Origin: Spirochaetota bacterium
GTDB lineage: Bacteria; Spirochaetota; UBA4802; UBA5550
NCBI GenBank assembly: GCA_963664815.2
Contig: CAXXHB010000003.1
Location: 3,872,001 to 3,936,000, forward strand
DNA length: 64,000 bases
Direction: 5' to 3'
The position numbers and the translations under genes are program-made. The first letter of the stretch is position 1, and every line of letters starts with the position of its first letter. Of this stretch, positions 28,451-39,625 are shown piece after piece. Below the pieces are notes generated by a model. The model was not told the origin of the DNA. It did not search any database and saw only the letters and a list, made by a program, of their open reading frames with translations.

Positions 28451-29116
28451 ATGAAATTTGAAGCATCAACAACGCTGCCTGAACAAATTGCAAAATATCT
28501 CGAAGACCGGATTATTCGCCGCGAGATAAAACCTGGCGAGCGACTTGTTGAAACGAAAATTGCCGATGAACTTGGAGTCAGCCAGAGTCCCATGCGAGAA
28601 GCGTTACGCATGCTTGAAAAAGTCCGACTGGTACGTCTTACTCCACGTCATGGTGCACGTGTTACAGAGATAACTGAAGATTTTATCATTTCCATTTATG
28701 ATATTTTTCAGGTACTCGTTGGGCTGGCTACTCGCAAGACAGTTGAGCGACATACTGAGATAGATATAATTGATATACGAAATCTGCTTGTAAAGATTCG
28801 TTACTACTCTCAGTTAAATGATATTTTTAACTTTAATGAAATGTATTTTCAATGGGGCATTAGATGCCTCAAGGCTGCCTATGACCCTCTTCTTGAGGAA
28901 CACCTTATTGATCTAGTTCCAAGCATCAGGCGGTTACAATATATTTCTCTTCTTAAACAGGAGCCACAGGATATTTTTGGTATTGTCGAAAAAATGCTCT
29001 ACACAACTAACTGTATAGAAAAAGGCCTCATAAAAGAGGCGGAATTAAATAATTGCACAGAAGTGGAGCGAGAAAAGAATCTTGTTCTTCAGATCTTCAG
29101 ACAATTCACCGAATAA
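28451..29116 (+). CDS. GntR family regulator (FCD-type)
   Basis: PGERLVETKIADELGVSQSPMREALRML wHTH; GGAG before ATG 28451. Confidence 0.9.
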   Translation: MKFEASTTLPEQIAKYLEDRIIRREIKPGERLVETKIADELGVSQSPMREALRMLEKVRLVRLTPRHGARVTEITEDFIISIYDIFQVLVGLATRKTVERHTEIDIIDIRNLLVKIRYYSQLNDIFNFNEMYFQWGIRCLKAAYDPLLEEHLIDLVPSIRRLQYISLLKQEPQDIFGIVEKMLYTTNCIEKGLIKEAELNNCTEVEREKNLVLQIFRQFTE

Positions 29117-29192
29117 GCTCTTTTTATCTTTTTTATCACTTCCACATAAATATATCAATTAATAATTTGACAGAGATTGTTTTGTTTGATTA

Positions 29193-29204
29193 ATAATCGA
29201 TTAT
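29193..29204. promoter_or_regulatory. Putative GntR operator
   Basis: Perfect palindrome ATAATCGATTAT downstream of TTGACA (29167-29172), before the CoA-transferase. Confidence 0.45.
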
Positions 29205-29239
29205 ATATAATATATTATGCTATAAATAAGAGGTAAATT

Positions 29240-30658
29240 ATGAATCAATGCCAGAATTCTTTCCAACTTGAATACAAACAAAAACTCCGAGCCCCCTCTG
29301 ATGCAGCAAAATTGATCAATTCCGGTGACGTTGTCGAATATGCCCAATTCAACGGCAAACCTATTGCATTCGATACTGCGCTGGCAAACCGCAGGGATGA
29401 GCTAAAAGATGTGGGAGTCTTTTGCAGTGTCTGTCTGCCTCCACTGCCTGAAACCTGCAAATACCCGGAAAGTTTTATATTTGTAGACTGGCACTGGAGC
29501 AAATTGACACGCGTCATTGACTCCATTTCTCCTATATACTATAACCCTATATCCTATCGATTTGCAACTGATTATATGAGGTATTATGATGCGCCTAATT
29601 ACTGGCGTTCATTTTATTACAATGACCCCGAAAAAGGTGCAAAAACAAAGCGTGTTTTTGTAATACGTGTTGCTCCGATGGATTCACACGGTTATTTCAA
29701 TATGGGACCGCAAAACTCGTTTCATTCATCCTCAACCGACGGTAGCGAACTGGTAATTGTTGAGATCAATCATAACATGCCTGTCTGCATGGGGGGAGCC
29801 GAAGAAGCATACCATATCTCACGCGTTGATGTTATTATAGAGGATGAGTCCAATCCTGATCTATTCGCACCTGAACCTGCAGAACCTACAGATATAGAAA
29901 AAAAAATTGCAGCGCATGTAATGAACTATGTCCATGACGGGTGCTGTCTCCAGTTGGGGATAGGGGGTATGCCTAACGCTATAGGCCGCATGATTGCGGA
30001 CTCGGATTTGAAAGACCTTGGAGGGCATACCGAAATGCTTGTAGACACATACATGAACATGATATTATCAGGCAAGCTAAATAATGCACGTAAATCAGCT
30101 GACAGACACCGAACTCCCTTTACCTTTGCTGTAGGCAGCAAACGTCTGTACGATTTCATGAATTTGAATTCAGCTATTGCATCATATCCGGCCGATTATA
30201 CGAACGATCCAAATACTATCCGCGGGATCGACAATTTTATCAGCATCAACAGCGCTCTCCAGATTGACCTTTTCTCCCAGGTTAATGCTGAGTGTATTGT
30301 TTCAAACGGCAGGACAAAACAGATTTCAGGTAACGGGGGAATGACAGATTTTGTCTACTCATCACAATTGTCAAAAGGTGGCAAAAGCCTGATTTGTCTT
30401 GAATCAACATTCACAGACAAAGATGGTAAATTACACTCATCAATAATGCCTACTCTTCAGGCAGGAACAATTGTAACTATTTCACGACAACTGGTTGACT
30501 ATGTTATAACTGAATATGGTGCCGTGAAGCTTGGAGCAAATCCGACATGGCAAAGAGCGGAAAAACTTATAAGTATTGCCCATCCCGAATTTCAGGACGA
30601 ACTTATTCTGTCTGCCGAAAAGATGGGTCTATGGCGTAGATCTAACAAAAAAATATAA
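29240..30658 (+). CDS. Acetyl-CoA hydrolase/transferase family (butyryl-CoA:acetate CoA-transferase-like)
   Basis: LQLGIGGMPNA, GGHTEM, ISGNGGMTDF, VITEYG and IAHPEF motifs. Confidence 0.9.
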   Translation: MNQCQNSFQLEYKQKLRAPSDAAKLINSGDVVEYAQFNGKPIAFDTALANRRDELKDVGVFCSVCLPPLPETCKYPESFIFVDWHWSKLTRVIDSISPIYYNPISYRFATDYMRYYDAPNYWRSFYYNDPEKGAKTKRVFVIRVAPMDSHGYFNMGPQNSFHSSSTDGSELVIVEINHNMPVCMGGAEEAYHISRVDVIIEDESNPDLFAPEPAEPTDIEKKIAAHVMNYVHDGCCLQLGIGGMPNAIGRMIADSDLKDLGGHTEMLVDTYMNMILSGKLNNARKSADRHRTPFTFAVGSKRLYDFMNLNSAIASYPADYTNDPNTIRGIDNFISINSALQIDLFSQVNAECIVSNGRTKQISGNGGMTDFVYSSQLSKGGKSLICLESTFTDKDGKLHSSIMPTLQAGTIVTISRQLVDYVITEYGAVKLGANPTWQRAEKLISIAHPEFQDELILSAEKMGLWRRSNKKI

Positions 30659-30660
30659 CC

Positions 30661-30711
30661 TAATATAGGGTCCATAATTATTTTAATATAATGCCTGTGG
30701 ACCCTATATTA
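30661..30711. terminator. Long hairpin after the CoA-transferase gene
   Basis: TAATATAGGGTCCA...TGGACCCTATATTA, perfect 14-bp stem. Confidence 0.6.
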
Positions 30712-31024
30712 AAATCAATAATTCAATCCCGATTTTTATAAAATATAATATAAAATCAGGAAAGTACTACACCTTCTATCCAGCAGAATATCAGTTTAAT
30801 GATATTGTTACATATTCTGGTTTGCCTTTCTACCTGCTGTAATAAAGATCCCTCTGATAAAAAACCAAATTTTTATGAGAACTATAGCATTTCACGACAT
30901 GATTAGCACCATGCCAATCCGGCCGTAGTGATAACGAAGGTACGCATTATAAAAACATCCTGTTTCGTGCTTGCAGGCAGCCATAGTGATTACACAGCCG
31001 GAATGACATAATACTTGTTCTATG

Positions 31025-31050
31025 GGATTCCCGCCTTTGCGGGAATGACA
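31025..31050. repeat. REP-like palindrome (ATTCCC-N8-GGGAAT type)
   Basis: GGATTCCCGCCTTTGCGGGAATGACA; a degenerate GGAATGACA half-copy lies ~40 nt upstream. Confidence 0.55.
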
Positions 31051-31428
31051 ATGAGTGTACAGATTTAATCTTTAACCGCTAAAATAATGGAGTATAGGGT
31101 ATGCATTGTAATTCCGCAAAAAGTTAATTTCTTACACTTGCAATTTTCTTAAAACATAATATATTTATAAATTTATCATAATAAATGCATTTAACTTGAG
31201 ATCATAAATATGAAGGCTTATTCAAATAGGGACAGATAACACAAAGTTTATCAGGATAAACCTGATTGAACATTTGATGCCATATAAGTTTTATTTAACA
31301 GCCACAGATTGTTATTAATTATTAATTTAAAATCTGAAATAATTTTTATTTTTTTAATTGAACTTAATCCGGTCGAAAATCTAATATAGGAAGTATGTGG
31401 AGAATCTATGCATGGAAGAAAAAAAATG

Positions 31429-31501
31429 TGGTCAGGGACGGAATCGAACCGCCGACACGGGGATTTTCAGTCCCCTGCTCTACCGGCTGAGCTACCTGAC
31501 C
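31429..31501 (-). tRNA. tRNA-Phe(GAA), CCA not encoded
   Basis: Minus strand GGTCAGGTAGCTCAGCCGGTAGAGCAGGGGACTGAAAATCCCCGTGTCGGCGGTTCGATTCCGTCCCTGACCA forms a full cloverleaf with anticodon GAA. Confidence 0.97.
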
Positions 31502-31542
31502 ACTTGTCAAAAGACTATACATATCTATTCTGCATGGACAAT

Positions 31543-32487
31543 ATGTCAATAAAAAATCTTACAAAAAAAATATTTTATCTCATAATAATTTTTTCTTTAA
31601 AAACAGATATTTCAGCAAGAGAGGAATATAAATGGACTTATAACCTGGAAAAGGGACAGAAACAATTTGCAGCAAAAATGTACAACGATGCATACGACAG
31701 TATGAAAATGGCTCTTAAAAAAAACTCCGGATGTTACGAAGCAGCAAATGTTATAGCGCAGATATCGTTTATGAGACAGGATATGTATACTGCTGAGACA
31801 TATTTTCTTATATCTCTCAAGATCAATGATTCGCAACCAGACGTTCATACCATGATGGGGAGAATCGACGAATACTTCCAGAGAGATGATTCCGCCGTGT
31901 CACATTATAAAAAAAGTATCTCCCTTGATCCCGAAAATCCTCGAGCTCTTATAAATCTTGCAAGAATTAATTACAAGAAAGGAAACACGGCCGAAGCGGA
32001 AAAATATTTCAAACTCTGCCATGATAATGGTATTTCAAAAAGCAACGGATTTTACATTAAAGCTGTTGAGATGAGAAAGAAAAACCCCTCCGCCGCCATA
32101 AATGAATTTAAAAAAGCAATAGAAATAAATCCCGCCCACATTGAGGCATATATCGGACTTGCAGATACATACAGGCAGAAAGGCTTCTATGATGATGCAG
32201 CGGCAATTATGGAAGAATTGAAGAACAACAAGCCTGACTATGTGCTTGCATATATATACCTCGGTAATATTTATTATAACAACAAGCCTGGCATGAAACG
32301 AAGAAAGTATTTTCTCACTTTATCCATACAGAATTATGAAAAGGCAATAGAACTTGATCCAGGCAATACAGACATATATTTCCAGCTTTCAGAAATCTAC
32401 AGGCAGACAGGTAACCGGGATAAATCAGAGAAGCTTGAACTGAAAGGGCAGGAGTTACTTAAGAGTGAGAAGCAAATAACTCCTTAA
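31543..32487 (+). CDS. Secreted TPR-repeat protein
   Basis: Signal peptide from MSIKNL; TPR repeats (YKKSISLDPENPRALINLA, FKKAIEINPAHIEAYIGLA). The track start at 31408 overlaps the tRNA and is rejected. Confidence 0.85.
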   Translation: MSIKNLTKKIFYLIIIFSLKTDISAREEYKWTYNLEKGQKQFAAKMYNDAYDSMKMALKKNSGCYEAANVIAQISFMRQDMYTAETYFLISLKINDSQPDVHTMMGRIDEYFQRDDSAVSHYKKSISLDPENPRALINLARINYKKGNTAEAEKYFKLCHDNGISKSNGFYIKAVEMRKKNPSAAINEFKKAIEINPAHIEAYIGLADTYRQKGFYDDAAAIMEELKNNKPDYVLAYIYLGNIYYNNKPGMKRRKYFLTLSIQNYEKAIELDPGNTDIYFQLSEIYRQTGNRDKSEKLELKGQELLKSEKQITP

Positions 32488-32694
32488 CTGTTTAATTACA
32501 GGTCAGATGTTTTCACACCAAATGATAAGTTTTAATATAAATTAAGAGACCATACTATCTGCAAGATCCATCCTTGAAAGCAAGAGTTTCCCCGGTTAAT
32601 TTTCTTTCATCATTTTAATACTAAATAAAACAAAACGCCAGGACTTGCCAGTATTCACGCCGATAAATTAATGAACATCACCACCATTACGACA

Positions 32695-35172
32695 TTATTC
32701 TATAATCACCAATTCTTCCATGTCAAGCCTGTACTGGTTCAACTTGATTATCCGTACACCTGAACTATGAATATCCGAAATGCCAGTTATCCCCGAAAGA
32801 AATTCGTCAATCCTTACAGATGATTCCTTTCCTGTGTAAAGTACAAGTCTGATAGACAGGTCTTCAACAACGTATGAGTTTAATATTTCATTCAGGGGAT
32901 ACTCCTGTTCTCCTTTTTTCCCTTTTTTAATAAACGATATCCGGCTTTTCAGAAAAGCTGAAGCTGAAGCTGATATGGTTTCATCTTTAAACACCGCTTT
33001 ATATTCAACGGCATTTGTCAATGCCATTATTGTTATGCTTCTCTCCCGTTCCCGGACACTTTTCACTCTCAGGAATTCCGGTAGCCTGGAATCTATCTTT
33101 GCCGGGAGTTCCGCAATCTCATCAGCAGAGAGTGAACAGTAAAGCTCGACATCAACAATCTCTGAAAGAGTCTCCACACCCAGAGGCACAGGGTATCCGC
33201 AGGCAATTTTTTCCCGTTTGTTAAATCCCTGTGTAAAAGAAACCGGAACACCAGCCATCCGGAATCCCCTTTTAATAATTTCGTTGAAGTCTATGTGTCC
33301 GATATATTTTCCGTTTCCCGTTTTAGAAAATACAAACCGAAGTATCTGCACTGTAGGATATTTCAGTTCAAAACTACTGAGTACCAATTTATATTTTTCC
33401 GTATCCAGCTCTTCGGTGTATCTTTTCTCCGGCTGACGATACTTTTCTATGTCAAGCTCTCTACCGCGCATTGCATTCACAGCCTTTTCACCTGCAGTTT
33501 CAATCACTTGCCAGGGGTAGGACACCCCAAAGTCTCTCTCTTCAAAGTAATTCTCCCATGTCGGAATATTTTTTTCTATGCTCCCCATCCAGGCGTCAAA
33601 CCTGAAGTATTCATGCCATGAATCGAGTCTTGCACCTTCACGGTATGCATCATAGATAGCGCTTCCCATCCTGGTGTCCCCTCTTGCAAGGAGTCCTTCA
33701 AGGAATGAAGATCGGACATCATGGTTCTTTATAGTAACCTGCCGTGGAGAGGCTGACTTGACCCTTCTTATAACTTCGTGAAAGTATTCCATGCTCATCT
33801 GTTTTTCGTGGTCAAATGGAGTATGAGGCTTAGGTACAAAGGGTGATATTGTCACATTTATATCCTTTTTCCCTCTCCCCTTTTTAACAATTTCTTTAAG
33901 AAGAACAATAATCTCTTCTGCTTCATCAACTTTATCGCAGCCTGGAAGTCCAATCATGAAATAGAGTTTTATCATCCTCCATCCGTGGTTGAACACGTAA
34001 TCAACTATATCGAAAAGATCTTCTCTCCGTACTTTTTTATTTGATTTACTGCGCAATTCATCCGATGCCGACTCTACAGCAAATGTCAGAGAACTTTTTC
34101 TCAGGTTAGAAACTGTTTCAATGATGGGCAGAGTATTCCTGTCAACCTTCAGCGATGGTAGCGCAATTGACACTCCACGTTCTGTCAGCTCGGGAAGAAC
34201 TTTGTTTAAAAGCTTAACTATATGCTTATAGTCGCTCACGGACAGAGCGGTGAGTGTAATTTCATCGTAACCGGTATTATCCAGCTGCATAAAAATATCA
34301 TGCGCCGATTTCTCGCAGCTGAATGGCCTGTATGGGAGGCTATAGTAACCTGCGTGACAGAATTTGCAAAGGTTTGAACATCCGCGCGCCAGTTCAATCA
34401 CCGCACGTTCCTGCGAAATCCTTATTGAAGGGACAAGAGGTTTAACGGGTGAAAAACATCCGGCGGCATCTACAGAAACTTTACTAACCCTTCTGAAACC
34501 TGATAAATCCGAGCTGATACCCGTATAACTGAAATTATAATCGGATGATATCAGAACTCCGTTAATTTTCTTCATCTCGTCAAGTATTGCACCTCTTGAG
34601 GTTATTCCATTTTTTTTGCAGATGATAAGAGTCTCCACTATTTCAGGAAATCCGTTCTCCCCGTCTCCTGTAAAAAAAATATCAACAAAATCGGCATATG
34701 GGAAAGGATTCGAAACGGCCTCACCACCGGCTATAACAAACGGATCGGAGTCTTTTCTATCTCTCCGAAGCATAGGTATTCTGCCCAGATCAAGCACCTG
34801 AAGCATATTCGTTGCAAGGAGTTCATGTGAAAGGTTAAAACCCACTGCGTCGAGATCACAAAGTGGAGTATACGTCTCCAGCGTATATAGCGGGATGTCT
34901 CTTCTGCGAAGTTCACCTTCAAAATCCGGCGCCACGGCAAATACTCTTTCACATGCGGCAATCTCAATCCTGTTTGCCGCGTCATATAATATCTTTATCC
35001 CGTTATTGGACATACCTACCTCGTACAGATCGGGATACGAAAGAGCAACGCGCACATACGCGTCAGACTTTACAGTCATATTAAGTTCATTGCCGAAATA
35101 CCTTGCAGGCTTCTGAACAAGGTGGAGAAATCTACCCAGGTTCTCTTTTATATTTACGTTGTTCATTGTCAA
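32695..35172 (-). CDS. B12-binding radical SAM protein (TIGR03960-like) fused to a radical-SAM-linked domain (TIGR03936-like)
   Basis: VQKPARYFGNELN, YPDLYEVGMSN, RGCSNLCKFC, FVPKPHTPF; C-terminal FSKTGNGKYIGHID...FTQGFN. Confidence 0.9.
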   Translation of the reverse strand: MTMNNVNIKENLGRFLHLVQKPARYFGNELNMTVKSDAYVRVALSYPDLYEVGMSNNGIKILYDAANRIEIAACERVFAVAPDFEGELRRRDIPLYTLETYTPLCDLDAVGFNLSHELLATNMLQVLDLGRIPMLRRDRKDSDPFVIAGGEAVSNPFPYADFVDIFFTGDGENGFPEIVETLIICKKNGITSRGAILDEMKKINGVLISSDYNFSYTGISSDLSGFRRVSKVSVDAAGCFSPVKPLVPSIRISQERAVIELARGCSNLCKFCHAGYYSLPYRPFSCEKSAHDIFMQLDNTGYDEITLTALSVSDYKHIVKLLNKVLPELTERGVSIALPSLKVDRNTLPIIETVSNLRKSSLTFAVESASDELRSKSNKKVRREDLFDIVDYVFNHGWRMIKLYFMIGLPGCDKVDEAEEIIVLLKEIVKKGRGKKDINVTISPFVPKPHTPFDHEKQMSMEYFHEVIRRVKSASPRQVTIKNHDVRSSFLEGLLARGDTRMGSAIYDAYREGARLDSWHEYFRFDAWMGSIEKNIPTWENYFEERDFGVSYPWQVIETAGEKAVNAMRGRELDIEKYRQPEKRYTEELDTEKYKLVLSSFELKYPTVQILRFVFSKTGNGKYIGHIDFNEIIKRGFRMAGVPVSFTQGFNKREKIACGYPVPLGVETLSEIVDVELYCSLSADEIAELPAKIDSRLPEFLRVKSVRERERSITIMALTNAVEYKAVFKDETISASASAFLKSRISFIKKGKKGEQEYPLNEILNSYVVEDLSIRLVLYTGKESSVRIDEFLSGITGISDIHSSGVRIIKLNQYRLDMEELVIIE

Positions 35173-36011
35173 TTTCTGATAACTCCCTCTGCGAGATTGA
35201 TAAAGTCATACAACGAGAGTTTTTCCCCTCTCATCTCAGGATTAATTCCACAGTTTTTAAGTATATTTTCAACTACATCTCTCTTTAGTTCAAGATGCGG
35301 CGAATCGGTTAAAGATTTAAGAAGAGTCTTCCTCCTCCCCCAGAATACTGATTTCACAACAAGATGAAAAATCTCTTCATTCCCGGGAGTGATAAAATAT
35401 CTCTCTTTTCTCTGAAGTTGCAGAAAAGAAGACTTTACATCCGGTTTCGGATAGAATGATTCACCTGCAATATGAAAAAGTATTTTTGAATCAAAATAAT
35501 ATGAAAGAGTAACTGTGAGAGCGCCGTAATTTTCACTCCCCGGCTTTGCAGCAACTCTCTCCGCCATTTCCTTCTGCATCATGACAAAGATTCTCTCCGT
35601 TTTGAAGTTCTTTGCTATACGAAAAAGGATTTCTGACGCGCAATAATAGGGGAGATTTGAAACAATAACATCAAAGCTGTCACCTATATCGGCCTTTAAA
35701 AAATCATCATGAATAATCTTAACATTATTTTTTAAACCTGATTTCTCTCCAGCATTAAAAATATCCAAGAGATACCTTACAAAACCTGAATCAATCTCAA
35801 CAGCAGTATAAAACCTGGCCCTTCTGGAAAGAGGTATTGAAATTGAACCAAGTCCCGGACCTATCTCGAGTATGCTCTTATCCTCAGGGGAACATAAATC
35901 AACTATCCTCCCGATAACATCGTCGTTTATCAGAAAATTCTGTCCGAATTTCCTGTTGGGAGCCAGTCCGTAGTCCCTGGTAATTTTTATTATATCACTC
36001 TTATTCATCAA
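35169..36011 (-). CDS. rsmA: 16S rRNA m6,2A dimethyltransferase
   Basis: GQNFL, EIGPGLG, SNLPYY, MQKEMAER, FYPKPDVKS and RRKTL motifs. Confidence 0.95.
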   Translation of the reverse strand: MMNKSDIIKITRDYGLAPNRKFGQNFLINDDVIGRIVDLCSPEDKSILEIGPGLGSISIPLSRRARFYTAVEIDSGFVRYLLDIFNAGEKSGLKNNVKIIHDDFLKADIGDSFDVIVSNLPYYCASEILFRIAKNFKTERIFVMMQKEMAERVAAKPGSENYGALTVTLSYYFDSKILFHIAGESFYPKPDVKSSFLQLQRKERYFITPGNEEIFHLVVKSVFWGRRKTLLKSLTDSPHLELKRDVVENILKNCGINPEMRGEKLSLYDFINLAEGVIRN

Positions 36012-36383
36012 TTTTAACTATAGTCTATATCTTAATTTCACTTATTCACTTTTTTATCCCTTACATGTAAAGAAAGATTTATATAGAACAACATAAAACA
36101 GCCCTTATTATGTTTCCTGAAACAAAAAACCTTAAAATCTTACTTAATAAATAACGAAAATATTTTTAAAAAATGAAATAAAAAAAAACTTGTATTGAAA
36201 TTATAATTATTTTCTTATACAATATTTTAAACATAGCAAATTACAAATCATGATTTAATAATGGTTATAAAAGGGATCCGGTACTCCTTTCTGATACTTA
36301 ATTTTATCATGAAAAAAGGAAATGTTAATTCAGTTATATTACTAATATGCCTTTAGATTATTGAATACAATGATAGAGGAAAT

Positions 36384-38228
36384 ATGGAAAAAGAGACAAA
36401 AATATCAAGAAAAACTTATAAAATTACTTATAAAAATACAACTATTAAAAATAAGATAATTTATGGGACAGTTATTACTATCATTACAACAACATTGATT
36501 GGAACGATTCTTTCAATGAATGATATTAAAGATGTCGCTCGTGAGGGGCTTGTCCAGCACGTTAGGGCTGTAAAAGCAATGGGAGAGGCAGTTCTTCAGC
36601 AGACATCCCAGAACTGGGAAAGCAATATGTTTGATACTGCAGCCGTAAAAAAGAATATGAATAATAAAGACTACTCAATTATTCCCATTGTTTCAACTTT
36701 CAACGCAATCAAAAAAGCAGGTGAAAATACTATTTTCAAATTCAGAACACCTGTTGTTAATCCAAGAAACATCGCAAATAAGGCATCCGGGGAAGATCTT
36801 AAAATATTTGAAAAACTGAAAAATGAGAATCTCAAAGAATATTATTTCATAGATCACGAAACAGAACAGTTTCATTACTATCAGACATTAAGAATGAGTG
36901 ACCACTGCATCAAATGTCATGGCGATCCGGCTCTTTCAGAAAAACTCTGGGGAAATAAAGAGGGACTGGATTTTACCGGAAGGAAAATGGAAGGATATAA
37001 AATAGGGGATTTTTACGGTGCTATGGTTCTTACATACAAGCTTGATGCACTTTCTCCAACGCTTGTAAGAGATCTGATTATAAATAACATTCTTTATTTT
37101 CTTATATACTGTGTCGGCATAGGAATAATTATTTTCATTATTAAAAAATCCCTGCGTCCGCTTGACGATATAGCAATGGCTCTTGAAGATATAAGTAAGG
37201 GCGAAGGAGATCTTACACGTAAAATTGATATTAATGCCCACAATGAAGTCGGACATGTCGCCGGGCTTTTCAACCAGCTTATGGAACAGCTTGCCGGCAT
37301 GATAAAAACTATAATAAATGCATCCAACCATATCGCTCATTCTTCAATTGAAATGACAAACTCAAGCGGGTCACTTGCTAATGTGGCACAGGAACAGGCT
37401 GCCTCCATTGAGGAAACATCTTCAGCAATGGAGGAGATCAAGGCAACAATAGACTCTGTATTTGACACGACAAAAGCCCAGGCTTCCAGAGCCGGCGACA
37501 ACAAAGTGCTTATGGAATACCTCTCGGAATCAATCAATAAGATCAATAAAACAGCACAGAGCGCAAGCCGCATGGCCGATGACACTTACAAATACGCCAT
37601 TGACGGGGAACAGGTTCTCGGTCAGACCGTTGAAGGCATGAAAGAGATTAATGAGAGTTCAAGCCGCATAACCGATTTTGTCAGCATCATAAACGATATA
37701 TCCGACCAGATAAACCTGCTGTCTCTGAATGCGAGTATTGAAGCGGCCAGGGCAGGCGATCATGGGAAAGGTTTTGCCGTTGTCGCGGAGGAGATCGCAA
37801 AACTTGCAGAGCAGACTGCAGGGAGTACGGGTGAAATTAAAAAGCTGATTCTTGAATCCAATAACAAGGTAGAGTCCGGGTCGCAGCTGGTGGCAAAAAC
37901 TGCTGAATCGCTGAGGCTTATTATTTCCAACGTTAAAAATACAGCTGAACTGATGGAACAGATTGCAAAATCATCTGTTGAACTCGACGAAAGCAGCAAA
38001 AAAGCGGCAGGAAATGCCAAAGAAGTAAACAGGATGTCCGAGGAAATTTCAACCATGATGCAGGAACAGAGTATAAGCAGTAACGAAATAATCAAGGCAA
38101 TAGACAGGATCAATGAAGTAACTCAGAGTGTCGCAAGCGGATCAGAAGAACTTGCCGCAAGTTCGGAAGAATTATCTTCTCAGTCTGAACTATTGAACGA
38201 TCTTGTTAAAAAATTTAAAATAGAATAA
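36384..38228 (+). CDS. Methyl-accepting chemotaxis protein with periplasmic c-type heme (Tll0287/DUF3365-like) sensor
   Basis: Two TM helices flank a domain with PRNIANK and CIKCHG; HAMP; signalling domain [28 protein letters not shown]. Confidence 0.92.
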   Translation: MEKETKISRKTYKITYKNTTIKNKIIYGTVITIITTTLIGTILSMNDIKDVAREGLVQHVRAVKAMGEAVLQQTSQNWESNMFDTAAVKKNMNNKDYSIIPIVSTFNAIKKAGENTIFKFRTPVVNPRNIANKASGEDLKIFEKLKNENLKEYYFIDHETEQFHYYQTLRMSDHCIKCHGDPALSEKLWGNKEGLDFTGRKMEGYKIGDFYGAMVLTYKLDALSPTLVRDLIINNILYFLIYCVGIGIIIFIIKKSLRPLDDIAMALEDISKGEGDLTRKIDINAHNEVGHVAGLFNQLMEQLAGMIKTIINASNHIAHSSIEMTNSSGSLANVAQEQAASIEETSSAMEEIKATIDSVFDTTKAQASRAGDNKVLMEYLSESINKINKTAQSASRMADDTYKYAIDGEQVLGQTVEGMKEINESSSRITDFVSIINDISDQINLLSLNASIEAARAGDHGKGFAVVAEEIAKLAEQTAGSTGEIKKLILESNNKVESGSQLVAKTAESLRLIISNVKNTAELMEQIAKSSVELDESSKKAAGNAKEVNRMSEEISTMMQEQSISSNEIIKAIDRINEVTQSVASGSEELAASSEELSSQSELLNDLVKKFKIE

Positions 38229-38233
38229 TTTAC

Positions 38234-38269
38234 ATTAGTAAGGGACGACTATAGCCGTCCCTTACTAAT
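38234..38269. terminator. Hairpin terminator between convergent genes
   Basis: ATTAGTAAGGGACG...CGTCCCTTACTAAT, perfect 14-bp stem. Confidence 0.7.
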
Positions 38270-38297
38270 AATTTATTAATATCTTTATAACAATCCC

Positions 38298-38594
38298 TCA
38301 ATCGAGCATATGGCCGTCAAGATGTAAAAGCTGAAAGCATTTCAGAATATGGTTATTATAGTTTTTTATTAAGAAGGAACGACCTCCAATTGAAAGTCTG
38401 GTCTTAAATCTTACTATTGCTGACAAAAACATTGAATCCACAGCATCAAGGTTTCTCATGTCAAAAACAAGATTCCTGTGATCGTTTCTGATAAAAACTT
38501 CAACATGTTCCTCCAGGAGCTTTATATGAGGGAAAATATCCAGTTCCTTAATCACATAGATTCTTTCATCTTCTGTTTCTATTGTTTCAAACAT
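38298..38594 (-). CDS. STAS domain protein (anti-sigma-factor antagonist-like)
   Basis: LVFDMRNLDAVDSMFLSAIV motif; ~98 aa. Confidence 0.8.
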   Translation of the reverse strand: MFETIETEDERIYVIKELDIFPHIKLLEEHVEVFIRNDHRNLVFDMRNLDAVDSMFLSAIVRFKTRLSIGGRSFLIKNYNNHILKCFQLLHLDGHMLD

Positions 38595-38864
38595 AATCTC
38601 AACTTTTAAATATTTATTCCTTAACTGACAGCGAGAATAGTAATATACTATCGTCACTGGCAGTTAAGGAATTTAAAGTCTGTTTTCTATATAGTTATCT
38701 AATTTCACATATAAAAAATGACCCTGAAAAAATTATACCAGTTTTGTAAGAAAAAGCAAGACATCTGCTGACATATCAGTGAAAGACCATAAAAAAAGAA
38801 AAAAATCCTCTTCTGACAATTATTATCTGTTATAAACAGTCGTAAAAATCAATTCTCAGCCTGT

Positions 38865-39386
38865 TTATATGTCCACAAGATTTAATTTAAATTTTTTCCC
38901 GTTTTCAACATAGTGTTTTGCCCCGGCCTGGATAATTTTTATTTCATTTTCAGTTATTTCTCTTACTATTTTCCCGGGTGATCCCATTACAACAGAGCCG
39001 TCGGGAATAATCATTCCTGATTTTACAAAGGAGTTTGCTCCGATCATACAGTTTTTACCTACTACAGCATCATCGAGAACTACAGAGTTTATACCGACAA
39101 GAGAATCATCCCCTATAATACACCCGTGAAGCATGACCAGATGCCCTACCGTAACACCTTTCCCTATAACAAGCCTGTTCCATGCCTCTGCATGAAGCAC
39201 ACACCCGTCCTGGACATTACTCTCATCACCAACAATAATTATACCGCTATCAGCCCTGATTACCGCGTTAAACCAGACGCTTGCAGAGTGACCAATCTCC
39301 ACATCACCAATTACGTGCGCACTTTCCGCAATATAGTATTCATCGCTTTTAAAACGAACCCGTTTTTCTCCAAGATTATATATCAT
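38865..39386 (-). CDS. Gamma carbonic anhydrase family protein
   Basis: Hexapeptide repeats; SVWFNAVIRAD, NVQDGCVLH, TVGHLVMLHGC. Confidence 0.92.
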   Translation of the reverse strand: MIYNLGEKRVRFKSDEYYIAESAHVIGDVEIGHSASVWFNAVIRADSGIIIVGDESNVQDGCVLHAEAWNRLVIGKGVTVGHLVMLHGCIIGDDSLVGINSVVLDDAVVGKNCMIGANSFVKSGMIIPDGSVVMGSPGKIVREITENEIKIIQAGAKHYVENGKKFKLNLVDI

Positions 39387-39625
39387 AAGGCCTCCATGAA
39401 TTTATATTCTGTATATCTGATATTGAAAATGGCAGCAGCAATAAAGTGAATAAGCTAAGCAAATTCATTACTCTGAACTTTTCTGTAAAACGACTATTTT
39501 AAACATTAATTCGATAATTTAAAATCAGAACTATAAAAAAATCGATAAAAAAAGATACAGGTTAAAAAAAAATAAAATGGACATCATACAACGTTTAAAA
39601 TTTAATTAAAATCGGTTAATTAAAG

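Noticed and set aside
30659-31501. Prophage or ICE integrated at tRNA-Phe
   Set aside because: No integrase, phage or conjugation genes, and no duplicated tRNA 3' end found in the window.
31408-31542. N-terminal extension of the TPR ORF given in the track
   Set aside because: It is the antisense of tRNA-Phe; the signal peptide starts at about 31543.
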